A stretch of 63,307 nucleotides of DNA, the filler included, from Octopus bimaculoides (lineage: Eukaryota): the NCBI RefSeq assembly GCF_001194135.2. It is 6 parts of 6 records of this genome, joined end to end, with 100 filler letters (N's around TTAATTAATTAA, not from the genome) between each part and the next. Parts side by side here need not be neighbours in the genome. Positions count along the whole stretch, not along the records: positions 51,463 to 61,329 come from NC_068991.1; positions 61,430 to 63,307 come from NC_068999.1; 4 more parts are not named here. The stretch is one strand, 5' to 3'. Of the stretch, positions 52,375-63,307 are shown piece by piece. A program made the translations under genes and the position numbers. Under the pieces are notes generated by a model. That model saw nothing but the letters and a program-made list of their open reading frames with translations, did not search any database and was not told the DNA's origin. Numbering within the stretch: position 1 is the stretch's first letter; each line of letters starts with the position of its first letter.

Positions 52375-54544
52375 TGTGTGTGTGTGTATGTATGTATGCA
52401 TGTATGTATGTATGTACAAACGTATGTATACATGTATGCATGCATGTATGTATGTATGTATGTATACATGCTTGCATGTATGTATGTATGCATGTATGTA
52501 TGTATGTATGAACATATGTATGCATGTATGTAGGTACATATATTGATATATTATGAGAAATGAAAGCACACTTAATATGAGTAATAGAGCGAGTATATTT
52601 TCATATTGTCAAGCAATATATTACTGGTTATGGTATATAACTGGTCACAATGTTATCATCAGTTACCATCGGTCTCACATCAAATACTGCTACAAAAATA
52701 TGTTGTTTAGACATGCGGGCAAGGAGTGCACAGCCTCTTTTATGGAGATTCGTAGAAGATAATTTAGCTTGGTAATGAGAAAAAGTTGGAATGAAATATA
52801 ATGAAAAATATCATTTTTCAAGAGAAAGGAAGAGTTATTCCCTACAGATTGATATTAGCTATAGATAAAGTGTGTAAGCTATATGTTTGTATTTCATTCT
52901 TTAGTTCAATAGCAGATATGACCACCACCACCCACCTCCATCACCAAAACAAATTTGTGCTCATGAGAGCAATGTCTGAAAATTTCATTTTTCAATTTCA
53001 GTGAAAGTACTCAGATTGTGTGAAGTTTTTAGAATGATTCTCCTCTTTGCCAAGTAGAGTTTACATTTTGTACTTTCACTGAGGCATGGATTCTAACAGG
53101 TTTTCACATTCTGAGAGTGGGAAGTTGAGTATAAAGAATGGTTCATTAGGATGTATCAGGTGATGTAGAAAGGGGTGAGGATGTATGAGTTGATGTAGGA
53201 GATGTGTCACATTATGTTGAGGAGTGCAGAGGTGTCAGATATATAGGAATGTGCTAAAAAATGTTAAATATGTTAATCAGAGGAGAGGCAGTACTTATGA
53301 TCTTTGCTGATCCTTTCCCTAGTTAAGAGAGATTGAAAGACCACATAGCAAGCCTGAACATCTATACATTATGTATACAGGAAAGACATGGCTAAAGACA
53401 GAACCAGGAGCTTCCAATACTTACCACAGAATGTAGTCTGCTAAAGGCACCCAAAAACCAGATGATAATGCTAAACCAGGTGGTCAACCACCCAAGGTCA
53501 AGGCTGGCAGTGAACTCAATTAGCTGTTCAGTGTACAGATCCAGGCCCACAAAAGGTCTGCTTTTAGCACCGTTCATGCAAGAGATTTTTGATCTACTAG
53601 AAATAACTACTAAATTACCTCAAATTAAATCCTTCAATCTTAAAACAAGAAAGACACATCCTGTAACATAGTCTTAGAAACAGAAAAAGACAGGACGGTC
53701 AAGGATAGAACGCTTTGATGATAATCTACTTGATTAGGGTTGACCTGTCACTAAGCAACAACAATAACAGCAGCAACTAGAGACTTTTGGACAGTGGTTC
53801 AAAATTGAAGCTAAAGGTTGTGAAAGTACTACAGTGTAATTAAATATACATATTTGGAAAAGTTGGGCTAGTGTGAATAAAAAAATAAAAGAAAATTAAA
53901 TGTCAACATGACAAGGCATTCGGTGAGTAGCAATAAAAAGTAAAGAATGGTAACTGCTAGGGAAATGGTTATATTGAACATGATGGAAGAAAACAGATAG
54001 AAACTGAATATTATGTAGTCAGTACAAATGTCTAATGCAAAAGAAAATGACAAGGGACCTTAATTCTAGATGCATAGCATGCACTGAAGTGGTTGGTAGC
54101 AGGAGCAGCTATAAACTACTCCTCACAAACAAAGCAGTAAAGATTTTTTTCCCCTATAGAGAGTGTATCTAGTAAAAAAAATTATTGGCTGGAATATAAA
54201 TAATCTGACACATGCATGAAAAAAACCCCTGCTAACTCTGTGAGCAACAAAAGACATTTCTGCACTATATGTGGTGTAAGAAATATGATGTTGTATGCTA
54301 GTGAAATATATGTGGTGGATGTGTAATACTTACTGCTACTAAATAGAAATGGACATATGTCCCATTGGATAAATGATATTAACTTGTAAGGAAAACTGAT
54401 TGCATGAGAGTTGAGAAAGTGACTGGGCATGTCTTACATTAACTAAATATGAGCTGAGAAAATCCACCATGATAATATATACAACTTTTTGTCTTGATAT
54501 AAATTGTGTCTATATATATATATATATTAAATATATATATATAT

Positions 54545-55845
54545 TGTTGTATTTTGGGGATGGTCATGTTGCCAGTTTAGCCAATGAAAACACACGCACT
54601 TTATATTTGGTGTTCACTTGCTTCAGCTTTATTTTATATTAGTTGTATTTCAACCAGAGTTCTTTCATCACACTTCTGTGACTTCATCAGTGGTCCTTTG
54701 CTTTCTTCTTTCTTTACTAACGATCTACCATTTTGTATTCCTATTGTATGTGTCTTTATTTGCGCATGCATATATCCCTATGAGTGTTTGTGTTTAGTGG
54801 GGGTGGGGGAGAAATGTGCCTGCATTATCATTATCCCCTGTTTATATACTTTATTTTAATTTACTTTTATTTATTTTATTCATTTGTTTATATCTACTTA
54901 CTTTTCTTTTCTTTCTTTTTTGTATTAATTTAATTTATTTTGTTTATGTATATAGTTATTTAATTCCATTTATTTATCTGTGTATTGTATTATATTCATA
55001 TTATCAGTTTACGGGGATCTTATTCTGTCATAGGTTGTGGTGTGTTGGGGGTGTGTGCTAGTGTTCCATTCTAGCTTTCTATTCAGGCTAGGTTTATCTT
55101 CTATTATGTGTGTAGCTTCTGTAACTTGTCTAAGCGTTGCATCTGTTCTATGTGTGGACAAGATTTTAACTTCTATGTTGTTGAGTGAACCCTCGTGTAC
55201 CTCCTTGGCATGCTGGTACAGAACTGATGGGCTCTTCTCTTCCTTAAGTTCCCTCCCATGCTCATTTACCCGCTCTCTTATGCTCTGTGCTGTCTCCCCT
55301 ACATACGTCATTGTCTGGTTACTGCACTGTCCCTCTGTACATCTTATACTATAGACTACCTTCCTAGCTTTACAGTTTGTTTGTGGGCTAAATCTACATA
55401 CAATACAGTTCCTATCAGTACAGGGGATTCTACTAAAAGGATAGGTTCTACCAATTAGGGATTTGATAGGGTTACCTGGCCTTTCTACAACCTTAATTCT
55501 TAGCTTAAGTTTGTCTAGGGCCCTTCTCAAGCAGTATGCCAGTTCACCTCTAGGTGTCAACGAACATGACACTCTGATATTTGTAGCTCTCATACCATGA
55601 GTTGGCCTTCCCTATTTTCTTCTTATTCCTTTCAATGGTGTTCCATGACTTGCTCCTATAGAGTGATAGTTTCAAATTTCCTCATGGTTCCTTTATATAC
55701 TCTGATCCTTTCTCTATGGTTGTATCCTGAGAACTGCATGTGGTGAACGAAATGTTGTATGTGTCTCTTTAACTCTGTAGGGTCACACATGTGGGACACA
55801 TTTCTCATTACTCTGCACAGAATAAATATATGTTCTTTATCTGAT
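54545..55845 (-). mobile_element. 5'-truncated Penelope-like element (RT thumb plus GIY-YIG ORF 55009-55845, with 3' pLTR-like tail)
   Basis: MQFSGYNHRER...LYRSKSWN...QSVMFVD.TPRGELA...IKVVERPG (frameshifted), then CTDRNCIVC...CKARKVVYSIRC...TYVGETAQSIRERVNEH...LYQHAKEVH...LRQVTEATHIIEDKPSLNRKLEW. Confidence 0.88.
54652..54695 (-). ncRNA. Degenerate minimal type I hammerhead motif in the Penelope tail
   Basis: Minus reads gacca-CTGATGA-agtcacagaagtgtgat-GAAA-gaac-TC|tggtt. Stem I (5 bp) and the core boxes are intact, stem II is imperfect, and AGAACT is one change from the palindrome AGTACT. It is on the same strand as the ORF and about 310 nt downstream of it. Confidence 0.55.
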
Positions 55846-56542
55846 AAAATATTTACATAGTCAACTGGTTTTGCTTTTGCTAATCATGAATAAGTAATTA
55901 GTGAAAATATTACAATTTTATGGTATCTTAGTCATGATTAGTAAAAACGGAACTGGTTTATATATATGTATATATATTTATCATTATTATTATTATTATT
56001 NNNNNNNNNNNNNNNNNNNNNNNNNNNNNNNNNNNNNNNNNNNNNNNNNNNNNNNNNNNNNNNNNNNNNNNNNNNNNNNNNNNNNNNNNNNNNNNNNNNN
56101 NNNNNNNNNNNNNNNNNNNNNNNNNNNNNNNNNNNNNNNNNNNNNNNNNNNNNNNNNNNNNNNNNNNNNNNNNNNNNNNNNNNNNNNNNNNNNNNNNNNN
56201 NNNNNNNNNNNNNNNNNNNNNNNNNNNNNNNNNNNNNNNNNNNNNNNNNNNNNNNNNNNNNNNNNNNNNNNNNNNNNNNNNNNNNNNNNNNNNNNNNNNN
56301 NNNNNNNNNNNNNNNNNNNNNNNNNNNNNNNNNNNNNNNNNNNNNNNNNNNNNNNNNNNNNNNNNNNNNNNNNNNNNNNNNNNNNNNNNNNNNNNNNNNN
56401 NNNNNNNNNNCCCATTGTCAACTTTCATTCTTCTGGGGCCAATAAAAGAAAGCAGCAGTCAAGTGCTAAGGATGATGCCTGAAATTACTAGCTTTGAGTC
56501 AAAGCTTGAAACAAGAACTATTATTATTATTATTATTATTAC

Positions 56543-56582
<40 letters not shown>

Positions 56583-56584
56583 TA

Positions 56585-56790
56585 GACAGTGAGCTGGCAG
56601 AATCATTAGAACGCCAAGCTAAAAGATTAGCAGTATTTCGTCTGTCTTCATGTTCTGTGTTAAAATTCCACTGTGGTCAGCTTTGCCTTTCATTCTTTCA
56701 GGATCGATAAAATAAGTACCAGTTGAGTACTGGGGGTCAATGTAATCAACTTATCTCCTCCCCCAAATTTCAGGCCTTGAGGATTATTGT
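56585..56790 (+). mobile_element. Family B SINE
   Basis: gtgagctggcagaatcattagaacgcc...ctttgcctttcattctttcaggatcgataaaataagtaccagttgagtactggggg. Confidence 0.85.
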
Positions 56791-56849
56791 TATTATTTTT
56801 ATTTTTATTTTTATAGCAGATACCACAGGAAATATGCATTCAGATCTGT

Positions 56850-57150
56850 AAGATGTATATAATAAAAATGTAAGGAAAATTTTAAGTTCATAAAATATAA
56901 ATTTAAAATATATAGATCTATAAAGATAGATAAAAATATAAATTCACAAAATTTTAAACAGTAATTTAAGATATAAATTATTAAATATAAATTAAAATAT
57001 AAATTTATAAAATATAAGTTTATAAAGATATATAGAAATATGAATTTGTAAAATTTTAAGATAAAAATTTATAAAATATTACTTAAACTATAAATTTAGA
57101 AAATAGAAATTTATAAAGATATATAGAAATATAAATTCATAAAATTTTCA
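56850..57150. repeat. Degenerate AT-rich minisatellite (tataaatttataaa / gatatatagaaata units)
   Basis: Recurring motifs are visible by eye. Confidence 0.6.
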
Positions 57151-57675
57151 AAGGAATAAAAATTGGTTTTTGAAACGGATTGGAAATGAAATGGACTGAA
57201 AAGTGAAGATAATATAAAACAAAATTGATTAAAAATGAATTTAAAATGACCTAAGATGAAGCAAAGTGAATCTGAAGAATGTAAAAGGAATTAACATTAC
57301 TAGATCATTGATTTGGTAGTCAAAACTGTATGAAGTAAGCAAAAAGAATATTGCTTGAATGGATGTACAGAGCAACCCAAGTGACAACAGTTCATCAGAA
57401 CAGAGTTTATAGATGCCCGCATAAACATGTGGAGTGTTGTTAAGAAGTTCATTTTGCAACCAGTGTTTCCAGGTTCAGTTCCACAGCAAAACAATTGAGC
57501 AAGTGTCTTCTTCTGTCGCCTTAGCCACGTGTGAGGAAATTGGTGAGCTCAAACTGTGTAGAATCCAAACATGAATGTACATGTGTGCCTGTATGTATGT
57601 GTGTGTATCTTTGCGTGTGTTTATATCTATGTGTGTGTGTGTATCTATGCGCGTGTGTGTATATATATATATGTT

Positions 57676-57711
<36 letters not shown>

Positions 57712-59427
57712 ATATATATATGTGTGTATATATATATGTATATATATTTATATATATGTTTGTATAATGTGTGTGTATGTATGTGTGAGTATGTATGTGT
57801 GAGTATGTATGTGTGTATGTATATGTGTATGTCTTATTTACGTATGCATGCACAGATGTGTGCATCTATGTATGTACATATATATATGATCGAATGCCAC
57901 GCATCCTTTTCCAAGTAAGTTTTATCTTAATAATTACGATGCGCACCCTTCTTCTATCTCTACTATCTCTTTTCTGTCTATATCTCTCCCTCTCTTGTTC
58001 TTCATCCTTTCTGTTTTTCTCTCCCATCCTTTCCCTATTCTTCTCCTCTCCCCTTCACTGTTCCCTCTCTCTCTCACTCTTCCTCCTTGGCTCTCTCGTC
58101 GCTGACATGTGACGAAAGGGGATCTATCTTTCTGTCTATTTCTTTCCTAAAGACAAGACGTGCCTTTGCCTGTCTCCTCTCATGGCTCATCCTCCTTGCG
58201 TTCATAATAATTATTCTATCATCTTGGCTCAACNNNNNNNNNNNNNNNNNNNNNNNNNNNNNNNNNNNNNNNNNNNNNNNNNNNNNNNNNNNNNNNNNNN
58301 NNNNNNNNNNNNNNNNNNNNNNNNNNNNNNNNNNNNNNNNNNNNNNNNNNNNNNNNNNNNNNNNNNNNNNNNNNNNNNNNNNNNNNNNNNNNNNNNNNNN
58401 NNNNNNNNNNNNNNNNNNNNNNNNNNNNNNNNNNNNNNNNNNNNNNNNNNNNNNNNNNNNNNNNNNNNNNNNNNNNNNNNNNNNNNNNNNNNNNNNNNNN
58501 NNNNNNNNNNNNNNNNNNNNNNNNNNNNNNNNNNNNNNNNNNNNNNNNNNNNNNNNNNNNNNNNNNNNNNNNNNNNNNNNNNNNNNNNNNNNNNNNNNNN
58601 NNNNNNNNNNNNNNNNNNNNNNNNNNNNNNNNNNNNNNNNNNNNNNNNNNNNNNNNNNNNNNNNNNNNNNNNNNNNNNNNNNNNNNNNNNNNNNNNNNNN
58701 NNNNNNNNNNNNNNNNNNNNNNNNNNNNNNNNNNNNNNNNNNNNNNNNNNNNNNNNNNNNNNNNNNNNNNNNNNNNNNNNNNNNNNNNNNNNNNNNNNNN
58801 NNNNNNNNNNNNNNNNNNNNNNNNNNNNNNNNNNNNNNNNNNNNNNNNNNNNNNNNNNNNNNNNNNNNNNNNNNNNNNNNNNNNNNNNNNNNNNNNNNNN
58901 NNNNNNNNNNNNNNNNNNNNNNNNNNNNNNNNNNNNNNNNNNNNNNNNNNNNNNNNNNNNNNNNNNNNNNNNNNNNNNNNNNNNNNNNNNNNNNNNNNNN
59001 NNNNNNNNNNNNNNNNNNNNNNNNNNNNNNNNNNNNNNNNNNNNNNNNNNNNNNNNNNNNNNNNNNNNNNNNNNNNNNNNNNNNNNNNNNNNNNNNNNNN
59101 NNNNNNNNNNNNNNNNNNNNNNNNNNNNNNNNNNNNNNNNNNNNNNNNNNNNNNNNNNNNNNNNNNNNNNNNNNNNNNNNNNNNNTAAGATACCATAAAA
59201 TTGTAATATTTTCACTATAATTTCTTATTCATGATTAGCAAAAGCAAAACCAGTTGACTGTAAATATTTTATCGGATCAAAAATATATATTTATTGTGTG
59301 CATTTCCCTTCTTTTCATTTCAGCTTTTTCTCCAACTTACATGTGGGAAAAAATCTCTCCAATGAAGCTTTTCACTAAATATTTAGTAAAAAGCTTGAAA
59401 AGATTTTTCCCCAATGTGGTTCAATAG

Positions 59428-59461
<34 letters not shown>

Positions 59462-59663
59462 GCTCAAAATGAGGAGTTGATAGACAGCCAACAGCTGATA
59501 AAGGGTCATTCTTTGTATTACTTGTCCTGTTTCCCATTTGTTTCTCTCATTGTTTGCATATTGAAGTCATTTGTTTTCGTATTTCATGTTTACTGTTGGT
59601 GGCATCCTGTACCCATATATGCATATGTGTATGTGTGTGCATGCATGCATGTGTGTGTGTACA

Positions 59664-60525
59664 TACAGGGTGCAGTGAATAAGCTGTCATCAAAATTATG
59701 CAAAAATTAAAATATCTCTGATATCACATTTTAACAGATATATTTACCAAAATTACATAAAAATATCTTGAAATACTAAAGAGTAAATTTATTCAATAAA
59801 ATCGCCATCAGCTTCAACCACAGCCTCCAGACAACTTCAGAATCTTTTGCAACTCTTCCAGATGGTCTCCTTATTTATTTAAGTTGGTGAATGCTGCTAT
59901 AATCCTTGCCTCCAGTTCATCTTTGGTGTTACAAGGAGTTTTGTTGGTCTCTCACTCAACTGCACCCCACACATAATAATCAAGGTTGGGTGCAGTCTAG
60001 GGAGTTAGGTGGCTAGATGTTAGGGGTGATGTAGTCGCAGAAATTGTCTGACAGCCATGACTGGGTTCTTCTGCTTGTGTGGCATGGTGCAGAGTCCTGT
60101 TGCCAGACATAGGGTCTTCCAGCAGCCCCCCTCTTGACCCAGAGCAGCACTACCTCCTCCAGGCACTTGATGAAGGCCTCCATGTGGAGTCTCGGGCCAT
60201 GTGGGAAGATGAATGGAGGCATAACATCAACATCATGGTGATGACTGGGTGTTTGAATTTTATCACTCTCGGTACATGTCCTCAGATTGACACCCAAACA
60301 CTCTGAAATGGTCTTATTGGAACTTCCAGAGCGAAAGCCAAGCAGTACAGCATGTTGTTTCAAAATTTCTGGTAGAGTGAAATGTGTCATGGTGCTGTTT
60401 TTCTCACAGAGAGTGCCCAGTGACCCTACTATACTATATAGTCAACAAAATCAAAAAACAAACAATGCACATACGTGAAATTAAAAATATAAAATGGCAT
60501 CAATTTATCCATCGCAACCTCTGTG
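59664..60525 (-). mobile_element. Internally deleted DD37D (maT-like) transposon, copy 2
   Basis: QHAVLLG.R.GSS...ISECLGVNLRT joins to VMPPFIFPHG.RL..EAFIKCLEEVVLLWVKR.AAGRPYVWQQDSAPCHTSRRTQSWLSDNF. TIR-like ends are tacagggtgcagtgaataagctgtcatc and its degenerate partner near 60495-60525. Confidence 0.88.
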
Positions 60526-60544
60526 TGTGTGTGTCAGCCCACTT

Positions 60545-60945
60545 ATGCGTACCTCTCCTTCATTGGACACTAAACTCTGTTTGCGAAGACCTGTTGTGGC
60601 AAATGAAATCGATCCAAATTCGACAACTGGCACCCATACCAACCTCTCCTTCATTGGACACTAAACTTGGCTTGCGTTGACCTGTTGGGGCAATTGAAAT
60701 CGAAATCGTGATTGAACCAAATTTGATGACTGGCACCTGTGCCAGTGGAGTGCTAAGAGCACCGTTTGAGCATGAACATTGCCAGAGCAGCTGTCTGGCT
60801 TCCATGCCAGTGGCACGTAAATAGCACCATTTGAGCGTGATTGTTGCCAGTGCCGCTGGACTGGCTCCTGTGCAGGTGGCACATAAAATACACCATTTTG
60901 AGTGTGGTTGCTGCCAGTACCGCCTGACTGGCCCTCGTGCCAGTG
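60545..60945 (+). mobile_element. Retroposon tail with internal tandem repeats (91-nt duplication plus three 65-67 nt units)
   Basis: cctctccttcattggacactaaact occurs at 60552 and 60643, and tgccagtgg units start at 60740, 60805, 60871 and 60938. A reverse-complement copy of the first part lies at about 51465-51552. Confidence 0.7.
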
Positions 60946-60955
60946 NNNNNNNNNN

Positions 60956-60995
<40 letters not shown>

Positions 60996-61284
60996 TCATA
61001 TACATATTTTTCTATCCTGCATGAGCACACATGAAATGACTGGTGTATTTATTGAAGCAATTGTTAATTTACATTTGGATAGCCTTCATACTGTTGACCA
61101 CCCAACCATGACATAAGAGTAGAAACTTTATTTTGTCTGCTTTTTATCCAAGCAGTGTAGAAGAAAAGAAAATTAGAGTTCAAAGAAACTAGTAGCAGTT
61201 AAAAAGTTAAAAAGAGTTCTACACCCTCCTCTAAGAAATGCCATATCTAAAGCGTTATACATAAGTGTTTTTGTATTGCATATA

Positions 61285-61329
<45 letters not shown>

Positions 61330-61429
61330 NNNNNNNNNNNNNNNNNNNNNNNNNNNNNNNNNNNNNNNNNNNNTTAATTAATTAANNNNNNNNNNNNNNN
61401 NNNNNNNNNNNNNNNNNNNNNNNNNNNNN

Positions 61430-61480
<51 letters not shown>

Positions 61481-62127
61481 CATACATACATACATACATA
61501 CATTCATACATACATACATACTTTCATACATACATATATAGGTAGCATTTTTGTACGGATGTTGTATGTATTTCTGCAATCAAAAAATATTATTCATTTT
61601 TAGTAATGACATCATACCAAACAGGATACGGCGACCATAGAAGATAGTAATATAACACATGAAATAGATGATGGAAATACCAATATAGTTATCACCTTAA
61701 TGGTCATACATTTAACCTATGATTCGAAGAACTGAAACATAACCCACATAAGTGGATAACATGATTAGGTATAAGTTATTGTTTATGTCGGATTAGAATT
61801 TTTTTTCCTAAGTAATCCATTAAAATATTCTTCATATTTTGGTTCATGGAATTTATTGTGGAACATGTATCTTTACTCAGTATGTAAATATGTATATATT
61901 TTTTTATACGTATGCAGAGAGAGTGGGAAAGAGAAAGCACTGTAATTAACGGTATTCAATACATTAAATATTTACCGATACAATTTGGAATTGTTCGATA
62001 TATATTTCTATGGCGTAAATATGAAGATAACTGAGAAATCATTTGCAAGATAAGATGATATCGTTGACACCCACATTTAATGATTGCTACTTATGTATCT
62101 ACGTGTCAAATTCAATGCATGTGTGTA

Positions 62128-62161
<34 letters not shown>

Positions 62162-62560
62162 CATATTTATACGTATATATNNNNNNNNNNNNNNNNNNNN
62201 NNNNNNNNNNNNNNNNNNNNNNNNNNNNNNNNNNNNNNNNNNNNNNNNNNNNNNNNNNNNNNNNNNNNNNNNNNNNNNNNNNNNNNNNNNNNNNNNNNNN
62301 NNNNNNNNNNNNNNNNNNNNNNNNNNNNNNNNNNNNNNNNNNNNNNNNNNNNNNNNNNNNNNNNNNNNNNNNNNNNNNNNNNNNNNNNNNNNNNNNNNNN
62401 NNNNNNNNNNNNNNNNNNNNNNNNNNNNNNNNNNNNNNNNNNNNNNNNNNNNNNNNNNNNNNNNNNNNNNNNNNNNNNNNNNNNNNNNNNNNNNNNNNNN
62501 NNNNNNNNNNNNNNNNNNNNNNNNNNNNNNATATATATATGTATGCACATATATACATTT

Positions 62561-62606
<46 letters not shown>

Positions 62607-63130
62607 TCAGATTTTTGCGTTTGTATGCATATATTGAAAAGTTGCTATTCGAATGAGACAACATTACAGTTAACCTTTGCTTTGAACTCCGTGTAAATCC
62701 ATGTTTGTCCAAACCAGAAAGGTATTAAACATTCTTTGTTCTCTTATTTTCGTTTGATATTGCGTACATTTGAATAGATAACAGAGTGTATACCCAACAT
62801 CTGAATGAAACTAGAAATTGGTTTGCGAGAATTTGTGATGTAATAAACAAAAAAAAACAGGAGTTGAGTATCTTCTTCATACTCACACATACACACAGAG
62901 ATCTATGAGTGTACACTGTATAAATACTTTAGCTACTAAAAGTTTCTTGCATAGAAGATGTGGGTCTAGGTAGGATATTTTAATACACGTTCTGTTTCCA
63001 AACAGCTATTAGTATGTGAGCACAGGATTAGAACGGGATTAGAAACAGCAAAATATGATACCGCTGTTATTCACCTTTCTACATTGTGTACCTTCCTCCT
63101 CGTGATTTCTCTTCTCCCATCGTCCTGTAG

Positions 63131-63204
63131 TGTAAACTGGATAAACTTTACGGAAGGCCTAAAATTGCTCGGAGACACAAGACGTCTTATAAGGTTCTGC
63201 CTAG
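63131..63204 (+). CDS. Probable 74-nt internal exon (VNWINFTEGLKLLGDTRRLIRFCL or CKLDKLYGRPKIARRHKTSYKVLP)
   Basis: Strong polypyrimidine acceptor ttctcttctcccatcgtcctgtAG and donor GTCAGT, in non-repetitive sequence with two open frames. The frame and any link to the 8007 exon are unknown. Confidence 0.5.
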
Positions 63205-63307
63205 GTCAGTGTTTCTTATACAAGTAATTATTAGTAGCATTTATATATTTATTGTGTATATTAAATTATATATCTATCACTGAATAGAGTACGTTTTAGT
63301 TGATCAT

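Larger units (their letters stand above)
55839..59277. repeat. Long inverted repeat pair (55839-55930 and 59186-59277), possible TIRs of a DNA transposon or fold-back element
   Basis: About 90 bp align as reverse complements with only a few mismatches and indels. The right copy begins at an N gap. Confidence 0.7.

Overview
This is a gappy, AT-rich, microsatellite-saturated eukaryotic window. The SINE and LINE content looks like a coleoid cephalopod (octopus-type), which is inferred from sequence character and not database-checked. Most long ORFs in the track are artefacts of dinucleotide or trinucleotide repeats and N-runs. There is one convincing coding exon of an unrecognised, probably coiled-coil protein (8007-8300, +) and one probable further exon (63131-63204, +). 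The rest is decayed mobile DNA: many tRNA-derived SINEs; about 8 fragments of an R4/Dong-like RLE non-LTR retrotransposon that almost always sit in (TAA)n tracts; an L1/Tx1-like LINE; CR1-like and RTE-like remnants; a Ty3/gypsy pol remnant; an internally deleted Helitron; two DD37D (maT) and two mariner remnants; MITEs; and two different Penelope-like (GIY-YIG) remnants. The most interesting signal is non-coding. Four minimal type I hammerhead-ribozyme motifs occur at three loci: a tandem pair 334 nt apart at about 17.0-17.4 kb (retrozyme or pLTR-like), one inside an 80-bp fold-back at about 49.6 kb, and one in the 3' tail of a Penelope element at about 54.7 kb. At both plus-strand loci the first ribozyme is directly preceded by an antisense copy of itself. 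Assembly artefacts are also present: an Illumina adapter, TTAATTAATTAA gap spacers and duplicated gap flanks.
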